Positions 42,335 to 54,919 of a stretch of 64,000 bases of DNA are shown piece by piece (the first letter of the stretch is position 1; each line of letters starts with the position of its first letter). The stretch is taken from the NCBI GenBank assembly GCA_009914755.4, contig CP086569.2, positions 6,176,001-6,240,000 of the forward strand, read 5' to 3'. Made by a program: the position numbers and the translations under genes. The stretch is from the human T2T-CHM13v2.0 reference genome, Homo sapiens. Below the pieces are notes generated by a model. That model was not told the DNA's origin, searched no databases, and saw only the letters and a program-made list of their open reading frames with translations.

Positions 42335-43085
42335 CCATAATGTGTCTTTTTAAATTAATTAACTCTTAAGATCAGTGGAGTGTGTAGATGTTTACTTATG
42401 TTTCTATCTTCACTTAGCTGTTCCCAGGATGAAAAAAAAAAAGACTAGTGGCTCTGTTAAACCCTGAAAATTAGCTTAATGATCTTACCTCTTCATCCTT
42501 TCTACCAATCTGGCCCCTTTTAAACCCCCGAATGTAATCATTGGTACTCATTGGTACTATCTTCCTCTTGATTTCAGAGAACACCTCCTTGCAAAATTGT
42601 TAATTTTTCTCTTTTACTGTATTAAATCACTTACTGAGTAAAATAATTCTTTCCTTGAAATGCGATTTGGTTTCTTCTTTGCTCTCCATTTCTATGCCAT
42701 TTCCACTTAAACTTGTCCCTGCATTGTTGCAAAAACCTAACTGGTTTCTTTGATGGACAAAATTAGAGAGATTACCTTTTTGATAGTAAGGTCAAAGCTC
42801 ACCTACTAATCTGGACATCTAAAGCTGTCCTTCAATCAAATGCTCTCATTCCTCTGCTTCCTATCTTCTTCACTCATTCCATAATAACATTCCTTGTTAC
42901 TTCTAAGCATACCTCTTCTCTTTCAGTTGACCATGATCCTTTCCATCTCATAGGCACTGCTTTTTATTTTACAACAATGACTTTGCTTATAAAGATCACT
43001 TCACCTAATATGTTCCCTGGCACATTGCTCCCTGTTCAAACAAGCCTTCATAAAAACCCAGATGTTTTAATATTATATTGATAAT

Positions 43086-43087
<2 letters not shown>

Positions 43088-43125
<38 letters not shown>
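43088..43125. repeat. (GT)n microsatellite of about 19 units.
   Basis: A direct gtgtgt run. Confidence 0.95.
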
Positions 43126-43126
<1 letters not shown>

Positions 43127-43205
43127 ATGTTTGTGTTTTCTTTTGGCATTGTTTTTATACTTGAGAGAACAATGATGCCTGTGGTTTGATTAAAATATGA
43201 ACATG

Positions 43206-43500
<295 letters not shown>

Positions 43501-43851
43501 ACTATATATATATATGAACATGAGTGCTTAATCTGTCTATATATTTGCAACCTTTTGTCATTCTTTCTCGATCTATCTTAAGCTTCTCTTTGGCGAGTTC
43601 CTTGTGTTCTCACCTCATTTACATCATATCCCTAGTACCTAGTAAAGTTCAATTAACATCATAAAGTATTAAATAATGCTTACTAAGTGAATGGATCTCT
43701 CTGCAGCCATTACAAGAAGGAAAATAAAATTTCGTACCCATTTGAGGTGTTTAATTTTACATAGTTTGGACATTCATAGACTCAAACATTTTAGAACTTG
43801 AAGGATGGTAAGGGAGCATCTAAGTATCTACCTTATTTTATAGGTAATTGC

Positions 43852-44270
43852 TGTGGTTTGGATACTCCAAAACTCATGTTGCAACCTGATCCCCAGTGTT
43901 GGGGGTGGGGCGTAGTGAAAGGTGGTTGGGTCATGGTGGCTGATTCCTCATGAATGGCTTCGTGCTCTCCATACTGTAATGACTGAGTTCTCTCTCTATT
44001 AGTTCGCGTGAGAGCTGATTGTTTAATAGAGCCTGGCACCTCCCTCCCCACTCTCTCTATATCCCTCTCCTGCTATGTGATCTCTGCACCTGCAGCCTCC
44101 TCTTCGCTTTCTGTCATGAGTGGAAGCAGCCTGCACCACTCACCAGAAGCATATGCGGTCCCCATACTTCTTGTATAGCCTGCAGAACCATTAGCCAAAT
44201 AAATATATTTTCTATATAAATTACCAAGTATCAGGTATTCTTTTATAGCAACAGAAACAGATTAAGACAA
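43852..44270 (+). mobile_element. MST-family LTR (ERVL-MaLR), full length.
   Basis: tgtggtttggatactccaaaactcatgttgcaacctgatccccagtgttgggggtggggc...gagagctgattgtttaatagagcctggcacctccctcccc...gcctgcagaaccattagccaaataaatatattttctatataaattaccaagtatcaggtattcttttatagcaacagaaacagattaagacaa matches the MST/MLT1-type LTR consensus. Confidence 0.75.
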
Positions 44271-45477
44271 TAGTGGTACAATAGGAAGAACATAAAGAAA
44301 ATATTCTAAGAGTTCAATTACTCAGTAGAAAGGCCAAAGCATTATGTTTTTGGGTTTCCAAAGCTCTGCTTCAGTATGTTCCAGGATTGTTCTAGGTAAT
44401 CTATTTAGTGCACATTCTTTGAATTCTCAGACACTGCTAGGTGCCTAAGCACAGGAGTTCTACAAATAATGTGTGATAGAGCTTTACATTTGTATGGACA
44501 AGTACTAAGGTAATCAAGTTTTGGTGGATTCAAATCAAGTTTGGTGGATTCAAAATACTGAATCTCCTCTGTCAATTAGAAAACTTCCTTTTGGTTTTAT
44601 GTACTACAGTTCAGCACAAAAAATCCATATGTCCAAAATCCTAATGTTACCAAAAAATGTGTGTTTTGAGGGTTAGGTGATTCCAGAGTGGCTGGAGTTT
44701 AGACAATAGAAGAGCAAATACCAGAAATGTCTCAAAAGGGAGGTAGGAAATAGATCACCATGCATTGCCTTCAATATGTTCAGATTTTATTCTCAAGGTA
44801 ATGGGAATTCACTGAAGAGGTTTCCACTTGTAAGTGACCTGTCCAAATATGTTGTTTATTCTATATCAAAGTTATAGGCATACATGTTTTAAAAAACTTG
44901 TTGTAGGTGGTCACTAAAATTATTTTAGTTATTTATTGTGGTATTTACTACTAGGTTTCATAATAACATGCTTATACTATTATTCCTTGATTTTCAGCGC
45001 TGTATGTAATGTAATGACTACTTACTATGGAAGATGAGCCTATTGTTCACTTACCACCGCCATCATCACCACACACTAAGGGCACCCCACTGGTCTTTAG
45101 CACATGCATACTCTCCCACCCCTACAGTAGTGGCCATGGAAATCTCTTACTCAGATGGCCAGCTCCAGGGAGCACAGTTGACTGACATTCCATGCTGCCA
45201 CACCTCTGGATTCACCATTTACATTGTGCTAAAATTTTGCATTCCTTAGGCTGCTCTTGGCCAATGACTAAGTATGCCAGTGGTAGCAGAAAATAGTTTT
45301 GACCTTACAGATTCATTGAATTTATGTTGTGAATGACTAGCAGTCCTGGATCACACTTTGAGAACCACTGACCTATGCTGCATTCAATCTACCACACAGC
45401 TGAAATTCAGATATTTGTTTTAGAACAATCACTCTGACAGAACAAAGACACAGGCATACCTAGGAGATATTGCAGGT

Positions 45478-45600
45478 TTGGTGAGAGCTGATTGTTTAAC
45501 AGTGCCTGGCACCTCCCTTCCCTCTCTCTCTGTCTTCCTCTCCTGCCGTGTGATCTCCGTACATGCAGGCTACTCTTCACCTTTGGTCATGTTCCAGACC
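45478..45600 (+). mobile_element. Second, partial MST-type LTR segment (central part only). It sits about 1.5 kb downstream of the full LTR and may be the degraded 3' LTR of the same MaLR element.
   Basis: gtgagagctgattgtttaacagtgcctggcacctcccttccctctctctctgtcttcctctcctgccgtgtgatctccgtacatgcaggctactcttcacctttggtcatg is about 85% identical to 43987-44110. Confidence 0.55.
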
Positions 45601-45899
45601 AACACAATAAAGCAAATATCACAATAAAGTAGGCCATGTACATTTTTTTGGTTTCCCAATGCATATACAAGTTATGTTTGTACTATACATTAGTCTATTA
45701 AGTATGCAACAGCATGTGTCTAAAAATGTATATACTTTAATTATAAATGCTTTGTTGCTAAAAAATGTTAATGATCATCTGAGCCTTCAGTGAGTCATAA
45801 TTTTTTTTGCTGGTCCAAGGTCTTGTCTTGATGTTGATGGCTGCTTACTGTTCAAGGTGGTGATTGCTTAAAGTCAGGTGGCTGTGGCAATTTTTAAAA

Positions 45900-47900
45900 A
45901 TAAAACAACAATGAAGTTTGCAACATCAATTAACTCTTCTTCTTATGAAAGATTTCTCTGTAGCATGCAATGCTGTTTCATAGCATTCTACCCATAGAAT
46001 ATTTTTCAAAATTGAAGTAAATGCTCTCTCAAACTATGCTGCAGATTTATAAACTAAGTTTATATAACATTCTAAAACTTTTTGTCATTTCAACATGTTC
46101 AGTTTCTTCACCAAAAGTAGATTTTATCTCAAGAAACCACTTTCCTTACTCTCCCATCAGAAGCAACATCTCATCTGTTCAAGTTTTTTCGTGAGATTAT
46201 AGCAATACAATCACATCTACAGGCTCCACTTCTAGTTCTTTTGCTATTTCCTCCACATCTGAAGTTAATTTCTCCACTGAAGGCTCAAACTTCTCAGAAT
46301 CATCCAGGAGGGTTGGAATCTATATCTTCTAAATTCCTGTTAATGTTGATGTTTCTACCTCCCCTCATTAATCACAAATGTTCTTAACGGCACCTAGAAG
46401 GGTAAATTCTTTACAGAAGGTTTTCAATGTACTTTGCCCCGGTCCATCAGAGGAATCAACATCTATGGCAGCTAGAGCCTTACAAAATATATCTCTTAAA
46501 TAATAAGATTTGAAAGCTTAAATTACTCCTTAATCCATGAGCTAAAGAATTGATGTTGGGTTTGCAGGCATAAAAGCAACATTAATCTCCATGGACACGT
46601 CCATCATAGATCTTGGGTGACCAGGTGCATAGTTAATAAGTAGTAATATTTTGAAAGAAATCTTATTTCTGAGCCATAGATCATAAAATTGGGTTTAAAA
46701 TATTTAATACACGATTCTGTAAATAGGTGGGCTTTCACCCAGGCTTCATTGTTCCATGTATAGAGCACAGCCTTAGTAGATTTAGCATAATTCTTAAAGA
46801 CCCAAGGATTTCCAGAATGGCAAATTAGATTCAGCTTCAACTTAAAGTCACTAGCTGCATTAGGCCATAACAAGAGATTCAGCCTGCCTTTTGAAGATTT
46901 GAAGCCAGACACTGACTTCTCCTCCCTAGCGATGAAAGTCCTTTATAGCATCTTCTATCAATATAACCCTATTTTGTCTGTACTGAAAATCTGTTGTTTA
47001 GTGTCACCACCTTCATCAATTATTTTAGCTAGATCCTCTGAATAATGTGCTGCAGCTTTCACATCAGCCCTTACTGTTTTGCCTTACAGAGACGGCTTCT
47101 TTCCTTAAATCTCAAGAATCAAACTCTGCTAGCTTCAAACTTTTTCTTCTGCAGCTTCCTCGCCTTTTATAAGATTAAAGAGAGTTATGGCCTTTTTCTG
47201 AATTAGGCTTTGGCTTAAAGGAATGTTATAGCTAGTTTGATCTATCTAGATTACTAAAACTTTCTTCACATCAGCAATAAGGCTGTTTTGCCTTTTCATC
47301 ATGTGTGAATTCACTACAGTAGCACTTTTAATTTTCTTCAATAACTTTTCCCTTGCACTCACAAATTGATTAACTGTTTGTTGCATGAAGCACAGCTTTC
47401 AGCCTATCACATCTTTGCATATTTCTTCCACAGTAAGTTTAGTCATTTCTAGTTTCTTATTTAAAGTGAGAGATATGTTACTGTTTTTTTCCCACCAGAA
47501 CACTTAGAAGCCATTTTAGAGTCATTACTTGGCCTAATTTTAATATTCTTGTCTCTCAGAGAAGAGGGAAGACTAAAAAGAGGGAAAGTGAAATGGGAGT
47601 GGTGGGTTGATGGAGCAGTCGTAACACATTCATTTATTAAGTTCACTGTCTTATATGAGTGCAGTTCATGGTGCCTGCAAACAATTATAATAATAATAAT
47701 ATTAAAGATCACTGAGTACACTACTGCACACACAGGTCATTATGACAGATTTAATAATAATGAAAAATGTTTAATATATTTCAAGAATTACTAAAACATG
47801 ACACAGAGACATAGTGATCACATGCTGTTAGAAGTATGGTGCCAATAACATTGTTTGATGCAGGAGTGACATAGATCTTCCATTTTTAAAAATGCAATAT
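45900..47900 (-). mobile_element. Tigger-type (pogo-like) DNA transposon relic, minus orientation.
   Basis: The minus-strand translation of about 46380-46475 gives [32 protein letters not shown], which matches the Tigger1 transposase segment [35 protein letters not shown]. ORF 46604..46912(-) is further degenerate transposase. The Tigger-like terminus ..gacagatttaataataatgaaaaatgtttaatatatttcaagaattactaaaacatgacacagagacatagtgatcacatgctgtt lies near 47740-47830. Confidence 0.55.
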
Positions 47901-49399
47901 TTATTCTGGTTCAAAATACCTGACTAGAGACATTAGACATCTATGTTTTCCAGAAAACAAAGGACCAAATTATGAATAGACAATTATGCTACAAATAAAG
48001 CATCTAGGAGAGGAACACTAGAGTCCAACAGAGAAGTCATGGGAAACACCTGAAGCACAGAAAAAGATGGATGTCAGTAGCCAGCTCAGCTGACATTGGC
48101 TGAAGCCTAGAGGAGCTTGCTATTGCAGGTAAAGAGTAAATGAGGAAATGTTAGTAGTCCACATCACCACCATTAATAGTTGCAATCCAAACAACAGGGA
48201 GAGCTCCGCTACCCACAGAAATGCTGACTACCATTGTCAGTAATCTGGAGACCCTGTAAGAGCATTACACCAGACAGGGGATGTGTTCTTTGTCGCTCAC
48301 ACCCCAGACACCTAAGTGGTTGGATCAGGGCACGATTGTGAGAGCATAGCCATAATGGGACTGTATCCTGCCCTGGGGAGCCCCAGCCTCCATATCTCCA
48401 CATTCTGGGAGCTCCAACATATATCCCCCGGTGTAAACTCAGAGAGCTACAGTGGTACAGTGCTGGCTGAACCCAAAGGTGTCACAGGATTCTCAAGACT
48501 CTAGCCAATAGGGAGTACCACTCCCTGAGAATAGGACAGTGCAGCACACCAAAAGATGACCAAAGCACATGCTTTCCAGAGCCCAAGAGCTCTGGTGCTG
48601 TGAAAAGAGATTCTTTTCCCAGCAGTGGCACAAACTTTTGCTTGGACTGGCAGGCAAACAGTATGATCCCCTCTCCCACTTGGCACTCTGTCACAGCAGT
48701 TGCTGCAACTAGAAACCCAGGTTGGTGAGTCTGAAAGTTGACCCTCTGAGGCTGGAGGAAGTGACTCTACCTCAACCATCACAGTGGCCTCTGTGCTCAG
48801 TCTCCTCCGTAGAGAGAAGTACCCCCTTTTCTTCTCTGCACACTGCTGCAGCCACAGATGCTGCTGCTGCTACCAAGGACTGGGGTGAATGAGCAAAATT
48901 GCTGCCCGCCTGGGGTTGTGAGTAGTGATAGTCCTCCCACTGGTGGCATGGCCTCTGTGCTTGGGCTCACTCACAAAGAGTGGGGCCATTCCACACCTTT
49001 ACATGGTGCTGTCATGCTGTCACTGCTGCTTAGAGTGGGCAAGCATGAGAACTACTTGTCCAGGGCTTTGGGTGTTCAATCTGCATTGTAACAACTGCCA
49101 AGACCAGCACATACTGCACATTACCCACTCTATCCTCCTATAACTACTAGCCGTTGCCCACATCAAACTAGCTGCCCAGGGACCAGGGTAGCTTTTCATT
49201 CACTCAGCCCTCTCTTGCCACAACCAGCATTTGAGGACGCCTCTTTGAGACTCAAGAACTGGCTTGGCTGGTGCTGCTAACATTGGTAACAGTGTGTACT
49301 GTCCTGGGGCCCAAGAACAGGCATACTCAACCCTCCACTGCTACCACTAGGGCCTGATGACTGGCCGACATGGTATCCCCATCCCCAGGACAATTTTAC

Positions 49400-52300
49400 C
49401 ATAGCCTCCATTAATAGCCACACTGTAGGCCACTGAAGAAATCACAGGTACATTGAGGTTGTTTATAGTGAAAAAACTCACAGGCAGACTACACAACTGC
49501 ACACACCTAGAATCAAAGCCAAAAGGGACTGCTCAACTGACACTATTGGTACATTTTTGGGAAAATGTCCCCTCTCATGAAAGCAAATTCAAAAAATTGG
49601 AGGAAGCAACTATTACACCATATGTGTAGATATCAATATAAAGACAGATAAAGCAAGAAAATATGATACTAGGAAAGAAATACAATAGTTCCCCAGTAAT
49701 ATACCCAATAAAAAAACATTGTCAAAATTCCAGAAAAAAAACATTCAAAATGGTACCAAATAAGCCCAGCAAGATAAAACATAATTCCTTAAAATAATCA
49801 AAGGAATTGGAAAAACAATTCATAATATAAATTAGAAATTTACCAAAAAAGAAAATATTATTTAAATGAACCAAACAGAAATCCTAGGATTGAAGAAGTC
49901 CTTGAATAAAGAACAATGTATACTCAAAATCTTCAAAAATAAGCTAAATGAAGCAGAAGAAAGAATCTCATAACTTGAGCAAAGATCTTTTGAAATGACA
50001 CAGTGAGACAAAAATAGTGAAAAAATAAATTAACAAAGCCTTCCTGATATATGAGACACCATAATGCCATCAAAAATATGAATTATCAGTATCTTCAAAG
50101 GTAGAAAGGAAGAGAAAATGAAGGTTTTCAAAAACATATTTAATGAAATAATAGATAATAACTTTACATGTGTAGCAAGAGATGTAGACATTGAGATACA
50201 ATGGGCTCAATGATATGCAAACAGATACATTGCAAAAAGGTATTTTTCATGGAACATTACAGTCTAACCGTCTGAGGTCAATGACAAAGAGAAAATTCTA
50301 AAAATAGCAAGAGAAAAACAACTAGTCACCTATAAAGGAGCTCCAATCAGACTAACAGCAGACTTCTCAGCAGAAACCTGACAGGCCAGGAGAAAATGGA
50401 ATGATATATTCAAAGTGCCGAATGAAAAAAAATAATCTGCCACCAAAGGATACTTTATTTAGACAAATTATCGCTTGTAAGTAAGGGTGAAATAAAGACT
50501 TTGCCAGACATGCAAATCCTGAGGAAATTCATCACCACTAGGCTGACCTGACAAAAAATATTTAAAGGAGTTTTAATTCTAAAAGCAAAAGGATGATGGT
50601 TACTATCGATAACATGTTAGTATAAAATTCACTAGTAAAGTAAACACACAAATTAAGAAGAGAAAAGACTCAAATGTTACCACCCCAGGACACCAGTGAA
50701 CCACAAGGGCAAACAATAAGAGAAGAAAAGAAAAGAAAAAAAAAGAATATATGAAACAACTAGAAAATGATTATCAATATGATATGAAAAAATCTACTAT
50801 ATCAATAATACCCTTGAAGGTTAAATTCTCCACTTAAAAGATATAGACTAGCTGAATGGGTAACAAAAAATAATTCAACAATATGCTGCTTACAAGAAAT
50901 ATGCCTTACCTGTAAAGACACATAGAGACTAAAAATAAAGAAGTGGAAAAAGATATTCCATGCAAATGGAAAATAAAAGTGGACAGGAATAGCTATATTT
51001 ATGTCAGATATAACAGACTATAGGTCAAAAACAGTAAAAAAAAAGGCAAAGAAGATAATTATACAATGATAAAGGGATTAATCCAGCAAAAGGACATAAT
51101 AATTCAATTTTTAGTCTGTATTTTGTTCAGATCTCCTCTGATTATTATTGATTTTCTTCTGTTAATTTGGGGTTTGGTTTGTTCTTGTTTTCTAGTTATT
51201 TGAGAGGCATCATTAGACTGCATAATTGAAATTTATCTTTTTATGTGTTTTTATGCTGTATCCCACAAGTTTTGGTATGTTGTGTTTCCATTTTCACTTA
51301 TATTAATTTTTTAACATTTTTATCTAAATTTCTTTATTGACCAAATAATCTCTTTCAAGAGCATGTTAATTTCTATATATTTGTATAGTTTCCCAAATTC
51401 TTCTTGTTATTTATTTCTATTTTTATTTATATATATGCAGCCAGTATTGGAACATCTAGATTTAAAAAGTAAATATTACTAAATCTTAAAAAAAAGACTC
51501 CAATACAATAATAACAGGAGACTTTAATACCTCACTCTCAGCGTTTGATGCACAATCTATACAGAAAATTAACAAAGAAACATTGAAGTCAACTTGGACT
51601 TTAAGGAAAATGTACCTAACAGACATTTACAGAATGTTGTATCCAACAACTGCAGAATGCACATTTTTCTCATGAGTACATGGAACATTTTCCAAGATAG
51701 ATCATATGTTATGCCACCAAATGAGTCTCAACAAATATAAAAAAAAAATCAAACCTATATCAAGTATCTTCTCATTCCACAATGGAATAAACCTAGAAAT
51801 CAGTAACAAGAACTTTGGAAATTATGCAAATACTTAGAAATTAAACGACGTCCTCTTCAAAGAGATCATTGGCCCAATGAAGAAACTAAGATGGAAAGTT
51901 TAAAAAATATATTTAACTAAATGAAAATGGAAACACAGCCTACTGAATTTGTGGGATACAGCAAAAGCAGTGCTAAAGGGAGGTTTAAACAGACAAATTT
52001 CAAGTAAGCAACATAATGATGATTTCAAAGAACTAGAAAAGCAAGAACAAACCAAATCCCAAATTGACAGAAGAAATAACAAAGATCAGAGGAAACCTAA
52101 ACAAAATTCAGAGTAAAGAAATACAAATAATTAATGAAAAGTTGGTTCTTTGAAAAGATAAACAAAATTAATAAACTGCTAACAATACTAATCAAGCATA
52201 CCCAAATAACAAAATCAACAATGAAAAAGTAGATGTTACAGCTAATACTACATAAATACAAAAGAACATCGGAGACTATTAGGAACAACTATAAACTGAC

Positions 52301-54478
52301 AAAGTAAAAAACTGAGAGTAAATGAATAAATTTCTTGAAACAAACAACCTACCAAGATTGGATCGGAAAAAAAAAAACCAACAAGAAAATGTGAGCAGAC
52401 CAATATTGAGTAATGAAATTATATTAGTAACAGAAAATCTCCCCTCTCCCCAGAAAAGTCCAGGATTAGATGAGTTCACTGTTGAATTTTACCAAACATA
52501 TGAAGAAAAACTAATAATACCAATTCTACTCAAACTATTCCTAAAAATTGAAGAGGAGGATATTCTCTCTAACTTACTCCATTAGGCCATCATTACCCTG
52601 ATACCAAAAGCAAATCAAGACACCACAAAAAAGAAAACCACAGGCTAATATCCCTGATGAACATAAAAGTAAAAATACTCAACAAATACTAGCTAACTGA
52701 ATCAAACTGCACTTCAATAAAAAGTACATCATGATCAAGTGGGATTTATTTCAGAGATGCAAGTATGGTTCAACAGGTGCAAATCAATAAACACGATACA
52801 TTACATCAACAGATTGAAGAAAAAAATATGATCCTCTTAGCAGACAAAGAAAAAACATTTGACAAAATTTAACAACCTTTCATGGTAAACTCTTTCAACA
52901 ACTAGACCAAGAATAACCATATTTCAAAATAATAAAGGACATATATGACAAAGCTACAAGTAACATTGTATTAGGATAAAGTTGAAAGCAATTCCTCTAA
53001 CAACTGGAATAAGAGAAGAATGCCCACTTTCACCACTGCTATTTAACATAGTGCTAGAAGTGCTAGCTAGAAGAAATCAGGCCAAAAAAAAATGCAAGGC
53101 TTTTAGGGCTCTTTTTTAGTTTTATATGAATTTTAGAATGTTTTTTTCTGATTCTGTGAAAAATGATGTTGGTATTTTGATAGGAATTGCATTGAATTTG
53201 TAGATTGCTTTGGGCAGTATGGTCATCTTCACAGTATTGATTCTTTCAACCCATGAGCATGTGATGCATTTCCATTTGTTTGTATCATCTATGATTACTT
53301 TCAGCAGTGTTTTGTAGTTGTCCTTGTAGAGAGCTTTCACATCTTTGGTTAATAATTTTCCTAGGCAGTTTTTTTGCAACGATTGTAAAAGGAAATTAGT
53401 TATTGATTTGGCCTAAGCAAAAAGAACAAATCCAGAGGCAATCACATTACCTGACTTCAAATTATGCCACATGGCTATAGTTATCAAAGCACCACAGTAC
53501 TGGTATAAAAATAGACACAAAGACCAATGGAGCAGAATAGAGAACTCAGAAACAAAGTCAAATACTTACAACCAACTAATCTTCAATAAGTCATTCAAAA
53601 ACATAAATTGAAGAATGGACACCCTATTTAATAAATGGTGCTGGGGAAACTAGATAATTACATGTAGAAAAATAAAACTGTATCCCTATCTCTCACCTTA
53701 TACAGAAATCAACTTAAGATGGATCAATGACTTAAACCATAAAAATTCTGGAAGATTACCTAGGAAAAACTTTTCTAGACATTGGCCTAGGCCAAGAATT
53801 TATGATTAAGACCCCAAAAGCAAATGCAATAGAAATAAATAAGTGGGACCTAATTAAACTAAAAAGCTTCTGCACAGCCAAAGAAATAATCAGCTGAGTG
53901 AACAGACAACCCACAAAGTGGGAGAAAATCTTTGCAAACTATGCATCCAACAAAGGGCTAATATCCAGAACCTACAAGGAACTCAAAGAAATCAGCAAGA
54001 AAAAAACAAGTAATCCCGTAAAAAACTGGGCAGATTACGTAAATAGAAATTTTTCAAAAAAAGATATACAAATGACCAACAAACATATGAAAAAATGCTC
54101 AACATCACTAATTATTAGGGAATGCATATTAAAACCACAGTAAATACCACCTTACCCCAGCCAGAATGGCTATTACTTAAAGAGTCAAAAACAATAGATG
54201 CTGGCATGGATGGGAGGAAAAGGGAATGCTTATACAATGCTGGTGGGAATGTAAATTAGGACGACCTTCATGGGAAAAAGTATGGATATTTATCAAAAAA
54301 CTAAAAGTAGATATACCATTCTGTCTAGCAATCCCCCTACTGGGTATCTACCCAAAGGGAAAGAAGTCATCATATCCAAAAGACATCTGTAGTTTATGTT
54401 TATTGCAGCACAATAAACAATTGCAAAGATATGGAACCAACCTAAATGCCCATCAACAAATGAGTGGATAAAAATGTC

Positions 54479-54528
<50 letters not shown>

Positions 54529-54910
54529 ATAGAATACTACTCAACAATAACAAAGAATGAAATAATGTTTTTTGCAGCAACTTAGATGGAGCTGGAGCTC
54601 ATTACTCTATGTGAAGCAACTCAAAAATGAAAAATCAAATACTGTATGTTCTCACTTACAAGTGGAAATTAAACTATGGGTATGCAAGGGCAGACAGATA
54701 GCTATAATGGACTATGGAGACTCAGAAGGAAGAGTCAGAAGGGGTAAGTGATAGAAAATTACATATTGTATACAGTATGCACTACTTGGGTGATAAGTGC
54801 ACTAAAATCTCAGACTTCATCATAATACAATTCATCCATGTAACCAAAAGCCACTTGTACCCCCAAAGCTATTGAGATAATAAAATTAGAAAATTTAAAA
54901 ATAAAAAAAA
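49400..54910 (+). mobile_element. Old L1 (L1M/L1PB-type), plus orientation. It runs from a decayed ORF1 and the ORF2 N-terminus through the ORF2 C-terminus and 3' UTR. Internal segments are in inverted orientation (51105-51480 and 53100-53400). The GC-richer 47950-49400 upstream may be its long 5' UTR.
   Basis: Plus-strand translations give ..LVTYKGAPIRLTADFSAET.. (ORF1 end), ..MLLTRNMPYL.RHIETKNKEVEKDIPCKWK.. (ORF2 N-terminus) and ..LPRLDRKKKNQQENVSRPILSNEIILVTENLPSPQKSPGLDEFTVEFYQTYEEKLIIPILLKLF.. The minus-strand ORF 53122..53379 (..[74 protein letters not shown]) is the ORF2 segment just upstream of where plus-strand homology resumes (..LSKKNK..). 53898..54143 and 54226..54471 give the ORF2 C-terminus. 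The 3' UTR ends near 54910. Confidence 0.7.
54484..54526. repeat. (TA)n microsatellite of about 21 units inside the L1.
   Basis: A direct tatata run. Confidence 0.95.
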
Positions 54911-54919
54911 TTAAATACA

